A stretch of DNA of 64,000 nt from Octopus bimaculoides (Eukaryota), in contig NC_069008.1 of the NCBI RefSeq assembly GCF_001194135.2, forward strand, positions 14,274,899-14,338,898. The letters run 5' to 3'. The notes under the pieces are model-generated. The model saw nothing but the letters and a program-made list of their open reading frames with translations, did no database searches and was not told the origin of the DNA. Position 1 is the first letter of the stretch. Every line of letters starts with the position of its first letter. This document shows positions 12,099 through 24,634 of the stretch, one piece after another. The position numbers were made by a program, and so were the translations under genes.

Positions 12099-12292
12099 AT
12101 ATATTCTGATTGAATCTTCCATTTGTTAACATGTACCTTGTTGTGACAATGTAAACTTTCATCTGATCAAGATATCCTTGGCCTAGCAAGTAGCCTGCAT
12201 TATACACCTCACTTGGATATTTACCACTTTCAAGGTTCCACTCACTATGAAACATATGCAGCCTGGATCTTATCTACTCCAATCCTTAACAC

Positions 12293-12618
12293 ATGGCTCA
12301 GTGGTTAGAGCGTCGAGCTTACGATCATGAGGCTGTGATTTCGAATCCCGAACCGGGCTGCATGTTGTGTTCTTGAGCAAGACACTTTATTTCACATTGC
12401 TCCAGTTCGCTCAGCTGTAGAAATGAGTTGCGACATCACTGGTACCATGCTGTATCGGCCTTTGCCTTTCCCTTGGATAGCATCAGTGATGTGTAGAGAG
12501 GAGGCTGGTATGCATGGGCGACTGCTGGTCTTTCATAAACAACCTTGCTCAGATTTATGCCTGGGAGAGTAACTTTCTAGATGCAATCCCATGGTCAGTC
12601 ATGACCGAAGGGGGTCTC
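12293..12618 (+). mobile_element. Family F tRNA-derived SINE
   Basis: Head tggctcagtggttagagcg...ttcgaatccc, central ctccagtt..ctcagctgtagaaatg, and end gaccgaagggggtct. Matches the reverse complement of 40063-40394. Confidence 0.85.
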
Positions 12619-12619
12619 A

Positions 12620-12658
<39 letters not shown>

Positions 12659-13861
12659 NNNNNNNNNNNNNNNNNNNNNNNNNNNNNNNNNNNNNNNNNN
12701 NNNNNNNNNNNNNNNNNNNNNNNNNNNNNNNNNNNNNNNNNNNNNNNNNNNNNNNNNNNNNNNNNNNNNNNNNNNNNNNNNNNNNNNNNNNNNNNNNNNN
12801 NNNNNNNNNNNNNNNNNNNNNNNNNNNNNNNNNNNNNNNNNNNNNNNNNNNNNNNNNNNNNNNNNNNNNNNNNNNNNNNNNNNNNNNNNNNNNNNNNNNN
12901 NNNNNNNNNNNNNNNNNNNNNNNNNNNNNNNNNNNNNNNNNNNNNNNNNNNNNNNNNNNNNNNNNNNNNNNNNNNNNNNNNNNNNNNNNNNNNNNNNNNN
13001 NNNNNNNNNNNNNNNNNNNNNNNNNNNNNNNNNNNNNNNNNNNNNNNNNNNNNNNNNNNNNNNNNNNNNNNNNNNNNNNNNNNNNNNNNNNNNNNNNNNN
13101 NNNNNNNNNNNNNNNNNNNNNNNNNNNNNNNNNNNNNNNNNNNNNNNNNNNNNNNNNNNNNNNNNNNNNNNNNNNNNNNNNNNNNNNNNNNNNNNNNNNN
13201 NNNNNNNNNNNNNNNNNNNNNNNNNNNNNNNNNNNNNNNNNNNNNNNNNNNNNNNNNNNNNNNNNNNNNNNNNNNNNNNNNNNNNNNNNNNNNNNNNNNN
13301 NNNNNNNNNNNNNNNNNNNNNNNNNNNNNNNNNNNNNNNNNNNNNNNNNNNNNNNNNNNNNNNNNNNNNNNNNNNNNNNNNNNNNNNNNNNNNNNNNNNN
13401 NNNNNNNNNNNNNNNNNNNNNNNNNNNNNNNNNNNNNNNNNNNNNNNNNNNNNNNNNNNNNNNNNNNNNNNNNNNNNNNNNNNNNNNNNNNNNNNNNNNN
13501 NNNNNNNNNNNNNNNNNNNNNNNNNNNNNNNNNNNNNNNNNNNNNNNNNNNNNNNNNNNNNNNNNNNNNNNNNNNNNNNNNNNNNNNNNNNNNNNNNNNN
13601 NNNNNNNNNNNNNNNNNNNNNNNNNNNNNNNNNNNNNNNNNNNNNNNNNNNNGAGCGGGGTGGTTGGGGTTCGAAGGAAGGCGTTGAGCGGGTTGTACAA
13701 GTGTTACTAGTCTTTCTCTCACCATTGGCACCAAAACACGATCTACTACTGGAAACGTACACTCTCACTGCAACTATTCTAACAGCTCCTCACCACCACC
13801 ACCACCACCACCACCACCGCTACCACTGCTACTACTATTATAAGAAGCAAACTACTTAGGT

Positions 13862-14790
13862 GGTCGTGCAGCCTGCTAGAAATAACAGCTAAATCTCACA
13901 CAGTTCAATACCCACATTGCAATCGTACTGTCTTTATGGATATTGTAATTTGGTATGTACGTTACCTGTAATATTAAGATGGGATGGGATGGTCAGAGTT
14001 GGATTGTCCTCAGTAAGCTTGATCAAACGGACAATTTCAGGCTAATTAAGAACAACCACTAGTTAATTTCCATAATGGGCTGTCGCTCAGCCTGCTAGAA
14101 ACAGCAGCCAAACCTCCCTCTCTTCAAACCACACATTCCCAGTGTTTAGTTATATGCTGCCTATAAAATTAAAACCAGACGGCCACGGATGGATTGCCCT
14201 CAGTACACTTGATCAAAAGGACAATTTCAGGCTAATCAAGAACGACAACTACTATTAAACTTCTATAATGAGCTGTCACTCAGCCTGCTAGAAACAACAG
14301 CCAAATTTCCCTCAATGTGATCCTCATATTTCCACTGTTTTAATGGTTAGTGTAACCTGGTTTACATGTCACCAATAAAATTAAGATGGGATGGTTATGG
14401 ATTGATTGCTTTTGAAATGCTTAGTCAAGGACAACTTCAGGTTGATCAAGAACAACAAATATTAAATATTATACTGGGATGTCACTCAGCCAGCTAGAAA
14501 CAGCAGCCGAAACTCCCTCAGTTCCAATCATTCTTCTACTTTGTTTTAATAGGTGATGTACTTTGCTTATAGAAAAAAAATGATAGGGTGGTCATAGATG
14601 GATTGCTTTTGATAAGCTTAATTAAGGACAAGTAATCAATAACATTAATAACCATGAGGAGCTAATTATTATAAAGAGCTGCTAGTAATAGCAGCCAAAT
14701 CTTTCCCAAATTTCACCATCTTGACATTAAAAAATCAAAATAAAGAACATTCAAGATAATATAGGTCTAGATGTAATCTCTGAAGAAAAT
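13862..14790 (+). repeat. Diverged tandem array of about five ~200-bp units
   Basis: Motif cagcctgctagaaa-(a/c)agcagccaaa starts at about 13869, 14088, 14281, 14487 and 14676. Units also share ggacaatttcaggcta-tcaagaac. Confidence 0.8.
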
Positions 14791-15204
14791 GGGGTCACAG
14801 GCATAAGGGCTTTTCATCTTAAATCTGATAAGGCTCAGCTGAGGTTAAGTAGCTGCTACTACTGCTACTAATAATAATAATCCTTTTTCTACTAAAGGCA
14901 CAAGGCCTAAAATTTTGGGGGAAATAAAGTGAAATAAAGTGCTTTGCCCAAGGACACAACTCGTCGCTGGGAATTGAACTCATGACCCTATGGTTATGAG
15001 CCAAACACCCTAACCACTGAGTCATGGGCCTTCACTCTCAACCATATGTGCGTACTTTATGTCTTTAGAATCTCTCCTTGGATCAAAATAGTAAGAAATA
15101 GTAGGAACAGTTATTCTTTGAGGCCCAGGTCAACCTTGGATATGTAAATGTAAGACTAAAGGTGCTCCAAGTATGACCACCCAGTTTAATTTCAGACATG
15201 GTGT

Positions 15205-15593
15205 TGTTGTTGTTGGCACTCCGTCGCTTATGACGTCGAGGGTTCCAGTTGATCCGATCAACGGAACAGCCTGCTCGTGAAATTAACGTGCAAGTGGCTT
15301 AGCACTCCACAGACACGTGTACCCTTAACGTAGTTCTCGGGGATATTCAGCGTGACACAGTGTGACAAGGCTGACCCTTTGAATTACAGGCACAACAGAA
15401 ACAGGAAGTAAGAGTGAGAGAAAGTTGTGGTGGAAGAGTACAGCAAGGTTCGCCACCATCCCCTGCCGGAGCCTCATGGAGCTTTTTAGGTGTTTTGCTC
15501 AATAAACACTCACAACGCCCTGTCTGGGAATCGAAATCGCGATCCTATGACCGTGAGTCCGCTGCCCTAACCACTGGGCCATTGCGCCTCCAC
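15205..15593 (-). mobile_element. Family D SINE head and body with a different tail (type E), ending in (CAA)n
   Basis: First ~200 nt match 11443-11640 and the remainder matches 40480-40657. TSD cagacatggtgt (15193-15204) / cagacatagtgt (15594-15605). Confidence 0.85.
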
Positions 15594-15614
15594 CAGACAT
15601 AGTGTAATGCCAAA

Positions 15615-15960
15615 GCAATGAGTGAGCTGGCATGGGGAAGGTTTGCAGGCCAGGCCCTTGACAGCGGTTACATCATGCTTCGGCCTTGCAGGGACAGGTA
15701 AGGAGGTAGCAACCAAGTCAGCTGTGGAGGCTGTGAGGGCTGCCTCAGGGGTGGCTGCAGATCAAAAGGTGTGAATCCTGGAAGCAGAAGGGCAACCAGA
15801 AACTAGGAGCTTGCTAACTGGGCACCTGGACACCATCTAGGGCTTGATCAGCCCTGACTGCGTTGCCTGGGTGACGGGTGTCTGATGTCGAAAGATCTGA
15901 AACACCTAATAACCTCCCCGAGGAAACATCAATGATGATGCTTCCAGATCCATCATGGAA
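15615..15960 (+). mobile_element. HERO-like (RLE) non-LTR retrotransposon 3' fragment
   Basis: GRFAGQALDSGYIML/GLAGTGKEVATKSAVEAVRAAS/WLQIKRCESW, then a 3' UTR gcctgggtgacgggtgtctgatgtcgaaagatctgaaacacc resembling HERO ends as I recall them. Confidence 0.65.
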
Positions 15961-16119
15961 TAGTGCATCGTTAGGCAACATTATATATATAATTGCCTCA
16001 TCAGTATAGCTAGCTAGCTAAATGAATATAGATAGACAGATATAGATAGACAGATTGATCGGTAGGCAGATAGGTAGAGAGATATATAAAAGAAAAGAAG
16101 GGAAGGAGGTTCACTGAGA

Positions 16120-16300
16120 TGTTGAAGCAATGGGTGGCCAGTAACGTGTGAGGTGGGATGCAGTGGGCTTGCAGACCGATCCTTTTACAGGGCTTATAAC
16201 ATTCTGGGCATCAGAGTGACCAATCAGCAGAGTGAGTTTGATGTTGAAATGTATGAAACACCCAATTGACCCAAGAAGCAGCACAGGATGATGTGTGAGA
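16120..16300 (+). mobile_element. Second HERO-like fragment with internal deletion
   Basis: SNGWPVTCEVGCSGLADRSFYRAYNILGI, then tgatgttgaaa..gaaacacccaattgaccc (same 3' UTR motif as about 15885-15920). Confidence 0.6.
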
Positions 16301-16481
16301 AAAAACAGGTGCCCCTACGACCATAGGATGTGATGAGAGAGAAGGAGAGATATGGATGTCTATTCCATATGATGGTAGAATCAGGTTGATCAGTGTTTCG
16401 GAGGTATTTGGATCCTTTGCCCCCTATTTTACTCTAATGGATCCACCATAGCCATTTGATGTTTATAGAAATCCCACTTGT

Positions 16482-16711
16482 ATTCTTTTGTTTGTTTCAG
16501 CCATTTGACTGCGGCCATGCTGGAGCACCGCCGTTTTCTCGTTGAATAAATCGACCCCAGGATTTATTCTTTGAAAGTTTGGTACATATTCTATCGGTAT
16601 CTTTTGCCGAACCGCTGAGCTAAGAAGACATAAACACACCAACAGCAGACATCAAGCAGCAGAGGGGTGACAAACTCAGACACAAAAACACACACACATG
16701 AATATACACAT

Positions 16712-16761
<50 letters not shown>

Positions 16762-17048
16762 TCATCCTCGTTGTTTAACGTCCGCTTTCCATGCTAGCAT
16801 GGGTTGGACGATTTCACTGAGGACTGGTGAAACCAGATGGCTACACCAGGCTCCAGTCTGATTTGGGTTGGTTTCTACAGCTGGATGCCCTTCCTAACGC
16901 CAACCACTCCGAGAGTGTAATGGGCACCAAATCCACTCGCAAGGCGTTGGTTGGCCTGAAGCTATAGTAGAAGACACTTGCCCAAGGTTTCACACAGTGG
17001 GACTGAACCCCAGAACAATATGTGGTTAGCTTCTTACCACACGGCCAC
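16482..17048 (-). mobile_element. Family A SINE interrupted by a family C element in its internal microsatellite
   Basis: 3' half at 16482-16700, (TA)n, C element at 16760-16925, then 5' half at 16926-17048. Confidence 0.8.
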
Positions 17049-17167
17049 AGGTTTATCCTTAAATTTAGTGTTGCTTTAAGTCACAATGTCACAAACATAG
17101 GCTTCAGGCAATGCATTTATAAGACATTTATCATAAATCAAACAATATGTGTGTATGTAGTATGAAA

Positions 17168-17212
<45 letters not shown>

Positions 17213-17342
17213 AAGAGTCGGTGTGTGTGTGGGGGTATGCATGTATGTGTATATATGTGTGTATGTGCGTGTGCATAAACACACATATTTGTAACACGTA
17301 TATAAATATATATGTATGTATATAATATACATATATATATAC

Positions 17343-17435
<93 letters not shown>

Positions 17436-17842
17436 CAGAGTACAAATATGTATGTTTATACACATACACACATGCACGCAAGCACATATATATTCATAAG
17501 AGCAGTGTAGTTCTAGATATACTATAACAGAAATAGATGTGATAGTCATGGTCGGAATTCTTTTATTCCTTTATCCTTTTACTTGTGTCAGTCATTTGGC
17601 TGCGACCATGCTGGAGCACCACCTCGAAATGTCGTTGCTGAACAATTCGACCCAGGGCTTATTCTTCGTAAGCTTTGGACTTATTCTATCGATCTCTTTT
17701 CGTCGAACCACTAATTTATGAGGATGTAAGCGCACCAACACCAGTTGTCTTGTGATAATTGGGGGAACAAACACAGACACAAACACACAGACATATACAT
17801 ATACATACACACATACATACATGTGCATGTGTATGCGTATCT

Positions 17843-17873
<31 letters not shown>

Positions 17874-17943
17874 AGTGGTTGGCGTTAGGAAGGGCATCCA
17901 GCTGTAGAAACTCTGCCAAATTAGATTGGAGCCTGGTGTTGCT

Positions 17944-18025
17944 ATCCGGTTTCACCAGTCCTCAGTCAAGTCGTCCAACCCATGCTAGCATGGAAAGCGG
18001 ACGTTAAACGATGATGATGATGATG

Positions 18026-18056
<31 letters not shown>

Positions 18057-18303
18057 ATGGGCTTCTTTCAGTTTCTTATTTCTTGATTGCCCTTAGGGGG
18101 CTAAACATAGAGGGGACAAACAAGGACGGACAAAGGGATTAAGTCGATTACATCGACCCCAGTGCATAACTGGTACTTAATTTATCGACCCCGAAAGGAT
18201 GAAAGGCAAAGNNNNNNNNNNATCCGGTTTCACCAGTCCTCAGTCAAGTCGTCCAACCCATGCTAGCATGGAAAGCGGACGTTAAACGATGATGATGATG
18301 ATG

Positions 18304-18334
<31 letters not shown>

Positions 18335-18489
18335 ATGGGCTTCTTTCAGTTTCTTATTTCTTGATTGCCCTTAGGGGGCTAAACATAGAGGGGACAAACA
18401 AGGACGGACAAAGGGATTAAGTCGATTACATCGACCCCAGTGCATAACTGGTACTTAATTTATCGACCCCGAAAGGATGAAAGGCAAAG
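17944..18489. other. 268-bp direct duplication across a 10-N gap; probable unmerged contig overlap
   Basis: 17944-18211 reads the same as 18222-18489, separated by Ns at 18212-18221. Confidence 0.85.
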
Positions 18490-18590
18490 TCAACCTTGGC
18501 GGAATTTGAACTCAGAATGTAAAGGCAGATGAAATACCGCTAAGCATTTCGCCCGGCGTACTAACGTTTCTGTCAGCTTGCCATGATTAG
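18355..18590 (-). mobile_element. Family B SINE, full copy with 14-bp TSD
   Basis: Head, central domain and tail are present, with TSD ttctttcagtttct. Confidence 0.9.
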
Positions 18591-19461
18591 TTCTTTCAGT
18601 TTCTGTCTACCAGATCCACTCGCAAGGTTGTGGTTGACCTGAAGCCATAGTAGAAGACACTTTCCCAAGGTGCCATGCAGTAGGACTGAACCCGGAACCA
18701 TGTAGTTGAGAAAGCAAGCTTCTTACCACACAGCCATGCCTCATCATTGTTTCGTTCATTTATAGCTGCTCTGAAGAAGGCTCAACATTGACAGCAATCA
18801 AATAAATGTTGTATTTTCCTAAGTCTCTCTATAATATTCCAGAATGGAAAAAAAAAAAAAAAAAAAAAAAAAAGCATCCTGCTAAAGTCATCTTTGCTTG
18901 TTTTTTCATCTCTTTCTCTCTGTGCAGTGTGCGTCTAAGGGGGTCGATAAAATTGAAATACTAAGAATGTACTAAGGTTTGATGCAATTTAAATGAATAT
19001 CACCCATCAGCCTCTTTCCTCCTCCCTCCACCTCTTCCTCGTTCTCTCACTCGCCTTCACTCACTCACTCACTCTCTCTCTTTCCCTCTCTCTCTTTCGC
19101 TCTCTCTCTCCTCCTGCCGCCTGCCAAAAATTGTTGTTGTATGCCAAAGTAGATAATCAATAAATTATCTTTGTATATAACATATACTGAATAGTGGTGC
19201 GTGTGTGAGTCTGGTGGAGTGTGAGTGTGTCTGTGTGTTGTTTGTGCATGTATGTATATTTTATATGAATGTGTGTGTGTGTGTGCGTGTATAATAAATA
19301 TACATTTTATACACACCAACACATGTTAAGTATCTATACCTAAATCTCTCTGTCTGTCTTGCACTCTCTCTCACTTTATAAGTGTATAGCGAGAGAGAGA
19401 GAGAGAAAGAGAGAGAGATAGACAGAGAGAGAGAGCAACATATATATATGCTATATGTTTG

Positions 19462-19515
<54 letters not shown>

Positions 19516-19539
19516 CATATATATACATATACATATACA

Positions 19540-19571
<32 letters not shown>

Positions 19572-20909
19572 NNNNNNNNNNNNNNNNNNNNNNNNNNNNN
19601 NNNNNNNNNNNNNNNNNNNNNNNNNNNNNNNNNNNNNNNNNNNNNNNNNNNNNNNNNNNNNNNNNNNNNNNNNNNNNNNNNNNNNNNNNNNNNNNNNNNN
19701 NNNNNNNNNNNNNNNNNNNNNNNNNNNNNNNNNNNNNNNNNNNNNNNNNNNNNNNNNNNNNNNNNNNNNNNNNNNNNNNNNNNNNNNNNNNNNNNNNNNN
19801 NNNNNNNNNNNNNNNNNNNNNNNNNNNNNNNNNNNNNNNNNNNNNNNNNNNNNNNNNNNNNNNNNNNNNNNNNNNNNNNNNNNNNNNNNNNNNNNNNNNN
19901 NNNNNNNNNNNNNNNNNNNNNNNNNNNNNNNNNNNNNNNNNNNNNNNNNNNNNNNNNNNNNNNNNNNNNNNNNNNNNNNNNNNNNNNNNNNNNNNNNNNN
20001 NNNNNNNNNNNNNNNNNNNNNNNNNNNNNNNNNNNNNNNNNNNNNNNNNNNNNNNNNNNNNNNNNNNNNNNNNNNNNNNNNNNNNNNNNNNNNNNNNNNN
20101 NNNNNNNNNNNNNNNNNNNNNNNNNNNNNNNNNNNNNNNNNNNNNNNNNNNNNNNNNNNNNNNNNNNNNNNNNNNNNNNNNNNNNNNNNNNNNNNNNNNN
20201 NNNNNNNNNNNNNNNNNNNNNNNNNNNNNNNNNNNNNNNNNNNNNNNNNNNNNNNNNNNNNNNNNNNNNNNNNNNNNNNNNNNNNNNNNNNNNNNNNNNN
20301 NNNNNNNNNNNNNNNNNNNNNNNNNNNNNNNNNNNNNNNNNNNNNNNNNNNNNNNNNNNNNNNNNNNNNNNNNNNNNNNNNNNNNNNNNNNNNNNNNNNN
20401 NNNNNNNNNNNNNNNNNNNNNNNNNNNNNNNNNNNNNNNNNNTGGGAATTGAAAAAGTCTTTAATGTTTGGAGCCTACGCTCTTCCACAGAAAGGGACAC
20501 AAACAAACAAGGAGAGAAAATATATATATAAGTCAAATAAGAAAATGGAGAGGATATCAAATTGGCAAACATCAGCCAGTAGGTACATATGTAGCAACAC
20601 ATCCAGTAATATATTGGATATTTAATATCTCTTAGATGGTTTCTTAACTCTTACAGATATATATATATATATATATATATGTACATAAATTTATATAAAT
20701 AAGGATAAGATCGATATTTAAATACCGATTTTATCAGGTGGCCAGCATGGGAATAAAACCCCATCAAAGGTAATTATTATTATAATTATAATTTAGGGTA
20801 TCTAAGAGATACTACCACGCTGGAAATAGCAGTCAGAACTTGACTCTAAAAACACATTAAATGTTCATATGGCACCAGGAGAGAAGACGAAGAGACAAAA
20901 TAAACTAGC

Positions 20910-21160
20910 GTGTGTGTATATATGTTTGTGTGTTTGTGTTCATCCCCACAACATCGCTTGACAACTGATGCTGGTGTGTTTATATCTCTGTAACTTAGTG
21001 GTTCGGCAAACGAGTCCAACAGAATAAGTACTAGGCTTACAAATAATACGCCCTGGGGTTGATTTGTTTGAGTAAAGGCGGTGCTCCAGCATGGCCACAG
21101 TCAAATGACTGAAACAAGTAAAAGAATGAAGGAATAAAAGAATGAAGGAATAAAAGAACA
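20910..21160 (+). mobile_element. Family A SINE, 3' half
   Basis: Matches the 3' domain of 45295-45696. Confidence 0.85.
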
Positions 21161-21593
21161 TACGAGGAGACAATCAGGTTACAAATATGGCACAATTTCA
21201 CAGAATATTAATTGTAGTTGGATGTCGATGCTTCTTCTTCTGCTAGTAATATCTGCGACAGTATATTCTATCTCTCGCAGAACTCTGACAATGCAAGCAA
21301 GAAGTGGAGTAACTATGGCTGCCTGCAGTGATTCCATGTGCCGTCGTCGACAGAATATGATGAGAAGAATCTCAATGATTTTAAGTGGTTTTTCATTGAG
21401 CTTTCTTATTACAACACATTTCAGTTATAAATAAATATATATATATATACATATGTATATATATATATATATTTAAATATATGCATGTGTGTGTAATGTG
21501 TATATATATATATATATATAAATATATATATATATGTATATATATATATACATATGTATATATATATATTTAAATATATGCATGTGTGTGTAA

Positions 21594-21632
<39 letters not shown>

Positions 21633-22656
21633 ATGTATGTATGTATGTATGTATGTATGTATGTATGTATGTATGTATGTATGTATGTATGTATTTATGT
21701 ATGTATATATGCGTGTGTGTGNNNNNNNNNNNNNNNNNNNNNNNNNNNNNNNNNNNNNNNNNNNNNNNNNNNNNNNNNNNNNNNNNNNNNNNNNNNNNNN
21801 NNNNNNNNNNNNNNNNNNNNNNNNNNNNNNNNNNNNNNNNNNNNNNNNNNNNNNNNNNNNNNNNNNNNNNNNNNNNNNNNNNNNNNNNNNNNNNNNNNNN
21901 NNNNNNNNNNNNNNNNNNNNNNNNNNNNNNNNNNNNNNNNNNNNNNNNNNNNNNNNNNNNNNNNNNNNNNNNNNNNNNNNNNNNNNNNNNNNNNNNNNNN
22001 NNNNNNNNNNNNNNNNNNNNNNNNNNNNNNNNNNNNNNNNNNNNNNNNNNNNNNNNNNNNNNNNNNNNNNNNNNNNNNNNNNNNNNNNNNNNNNNNNNNN
22101 NNNNNNNNNNNNNNNNNNNNNNNNNNNNNNNNNNNNNNNNNNNNNNNNNNNNNNNNNNNNNNNNNNNNNNNNNNNNNNNNNNNNNNNNNNNNNNNNNNNN
22201 NNNNNNNNNNNNNNNNNNNNNNNNNNNNNNNNNNNNNNNNNNNNNNNNNNNNNNNNNNNNNNNNNNNNNNNNNNNNNNNNNNNNNNNNNNNNNNNNNNNN
22301 NNNNNNNNNNNNNNNNNNNNNNNNNNNNNNNNNNNNNNNNNNNNTATATATATATATATATATATACCATTATTCATTATCATTGTCGTTTAATGTCTGC
22401 TTTCCATGCTGGCATGGGTTGGACGGTTTGACTGTTTGACGGTTTAGACAGACAGGTAAACAAACAGACAGAGAGATAGATTATATCTGCTTGTTATCTA
22501 TCATGCTATGATAGATAGCAACATTCTCTGTCTCTTTATGCTTACCTACCTGTAGTCAAAGACTTCCAATGGCTACGAGGGCTTTCATCCTCATTCACTA
22601 TTAACCCCTTTTGTTTTTCTGTTTATATTCAAACACACACACTATCTTTGATTTCA

Positions 22657-22877
22657 CCCTTTAGTGTTCACATTATTCTGCTATAATTAATGCTTTTTTA
22701 TCCACATTGTTTTGAACTAACCAAGCATTATCTCATAGCTATGAGATTTTGATGAGGTAGCTGTTAATTTTTAAAACGATATTATAGGGTTGGTGTGAGA
22801 GACCAGATCTGGCCAGTTGGAACATAGAATAGGCAGAATACTTTTGGCTGGATATAGCCGGTTTAAATGCTAAAGGG
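22657..22877. mobile_element. piggyBac-like MITE, degenerate
   Basis: Imperfect TIR ccctttagtgttca / taaatgctaaaggg, flanked by ttca (left) and ttaa (right). Confidence 0.55.
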
Positions 22878-23239
22878 TTAATTACTTTTGAAAATAACAA
22901 ATAATTTAGTAAAATTGCTGTCAAATTAGACTGGTGTTTGGAACATTAATCAATATCAAATTTTGATGGATGGTTTGAAATCTAGGTTACTTTAAAAACC
23001 ACCACAAGTTCCAGCCCTTGTTGCAATTTGGTATCTTGTGTGCCTTCATCACCCTAAGAACTATGCCAGTGGAGAACAGTGGGCCCTTCATACTGGGCAG
23101 GTCAAAGTGTGCAGGCCAGACTAATATGGGCCACCTCTTTTCTGAGATAAAAACAGGTCTGTGTAGGATCAACACCCTTAACTATAAAAAGCAAATTATG
23201 ATGACACATATTCTTTTATCCTTTTATTTTTCTATTCTT

Positions 23240-23716
23240 TTATTGTTTTACTTGTTTCAGTCATTTGACTGCAGCCATGCTGGAGCACCACCTAGAAATT
23301 TTTTCTCGGATGAATTGACAATGAGATTTATTTTCCAAGCCCAGCACTTATTCTATCAGTCTCTATTGCCAAACCACTAATTTACGGGGACATAGACACA
23401 CCAGCACTGGTCATCAAGCAGTAATATGGGGACAAACACAGGCACAAAGTCACACAAACAGAGATATATACATATTTATATATATGTATATATATAACTG
23501 AAAGAAGCCCGTTAAATATATATTTATTTATATATATATATATATATATACATACAACAGGCTTCTTTCAGTTTCCAACTACCAAATCCACTCACAAGGC
23601 TTTGACCACTTTGCAGCTATTGTAGAAGACACTTGCCCAAGATGCCACACAGTGGGACTGAACCCGGAACCATGTAGTTGGAAAGCAAGCTTCTTACCAC
23701 ACAGCCACACCTGCGC
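23240..23716 (-). mobile_element. Family A SINE, full copy
   Basis: Both halves and the internal (TA)n are present. Confidence 0.85.
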
Positions 23717-24248
23717 TTACGTACATTATACACATATATATTTATACACATACATATACAGATAAAATATAAAGAGAGGATGTAGAAGATGAATATATTT
23801 GTTTCATCAGTCGACACCCATATCACGACAATTGTTTCGTAGCATATATCATAGAAAAACAATATATTTTAACCACCAGATTAGCTAAATACATATACAT
23901 ATATTTATACATATATTTATACATATTTATACATATCTATACATATATTTATATACATGTTTATACATATACATATATTTATATACCATCCCAAATGCAC
24001 CCTCACTTAGTCTTGGGGGTCTTCTCCTGATATCTTTTTTTTTTACTGTTTTGCAAGTTACTTAGCAACCTTACGACTGCCAAGAGCATGGAAAGGAGTA
24101 CCCAGAAGTGGCTGGCATTAGGAAAGGCAATGAGCCACAGAAGCCATGCCAGGGGTAATATTAGAGGTCAATGTAGCCCTGTCACTTGCCCTTCTCTCAA
24201 ACCATCCAACCCATGCCAAAATGGAACACATGATAATTAGATATATAT

Positions 24249-24634
24249 ACTCTTTTACTTGTTTCAGTCATTTGACTGCGGCCATGCTGGAGCACCGCCT
24301 TTAGTCGAGCAAATCAACCCCAGGACTTATTCTTTGGAAGCCTAGTACTTATTCTATCGGTCTCTTTTTGCCGAACCGCTAAGTGATGGGGACGTAAACA
24401 CACCAGCATCGGTTGTCAAGCGATGGTGGGTGGACAAACACAGACACACAAACACACATACATATATATATATACATATATACGACAGGCTTCTTTCAGT
24501 TTCCGTCGACCAAAATCCACTCACAAGGCTTTGGTCGGCCTGAGGCTATAGTAGAAGACACTTGCCCAAGGTGCCATGCAGTGGGACTGAACCCGGAACC
24601 ATGTGGTTGGTAGGCAAGCTACTTACCACACAGC
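24249..24634 (-). mobile_element. Family A SINE, near-full low-divergence copy flanked by (TA)n
   Basis: Near identity to the reverse complement of 45295-45696, missing about 12 nt of the head. Confidence 0.9.

Larger units (their letters stand above)
17560..18740 (-). mobile_element. Family A SINE interrupted by family C (17873-18030, +) and family B (18355-18590, -) elements
   Basis: The B insertion is flanked by a 14-bp direct repeat ttctttcagtttct (18341-18354 / 18591-18604). Confidence 0.85.

Noticed and set aside
12135-12265. Candidate minus-strand exon (LHMFHSEWNLESGKY...)
   Set aside because: Poor acceptor and no kinase or other recognisable motif.
13862-14790. Repeat-spacer pattern as a CRISPR array (also 44255-44405 and 62175-62240)
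   Set aside because: Eukaryotic context, spacers homologous to each other, repeats degenerate and no cas genes.
15965-16010. CTGATGA-GGCAA...TTGCC on the minus strand (also about 2315-2345 on - and 18768-18800 on +) as hammerheads
   Set aside because: The GAAA half of the core and/or stem I is missing; at most decayed relics.
17944-18489. Apparent 268-bp tandem duplication as a biological event
   Set aside because: Identical copies either side of a 10-N gap indicate an unmerged contig overlap.
20738-20769. 32-nt plus-strand micro-exon (tttatcag|...AAAG|gtaatt)
   Set aside because: Its open frames are phase-incompatible with the 21178 candidate, and such signals occur by chance in AT-rich DNA.
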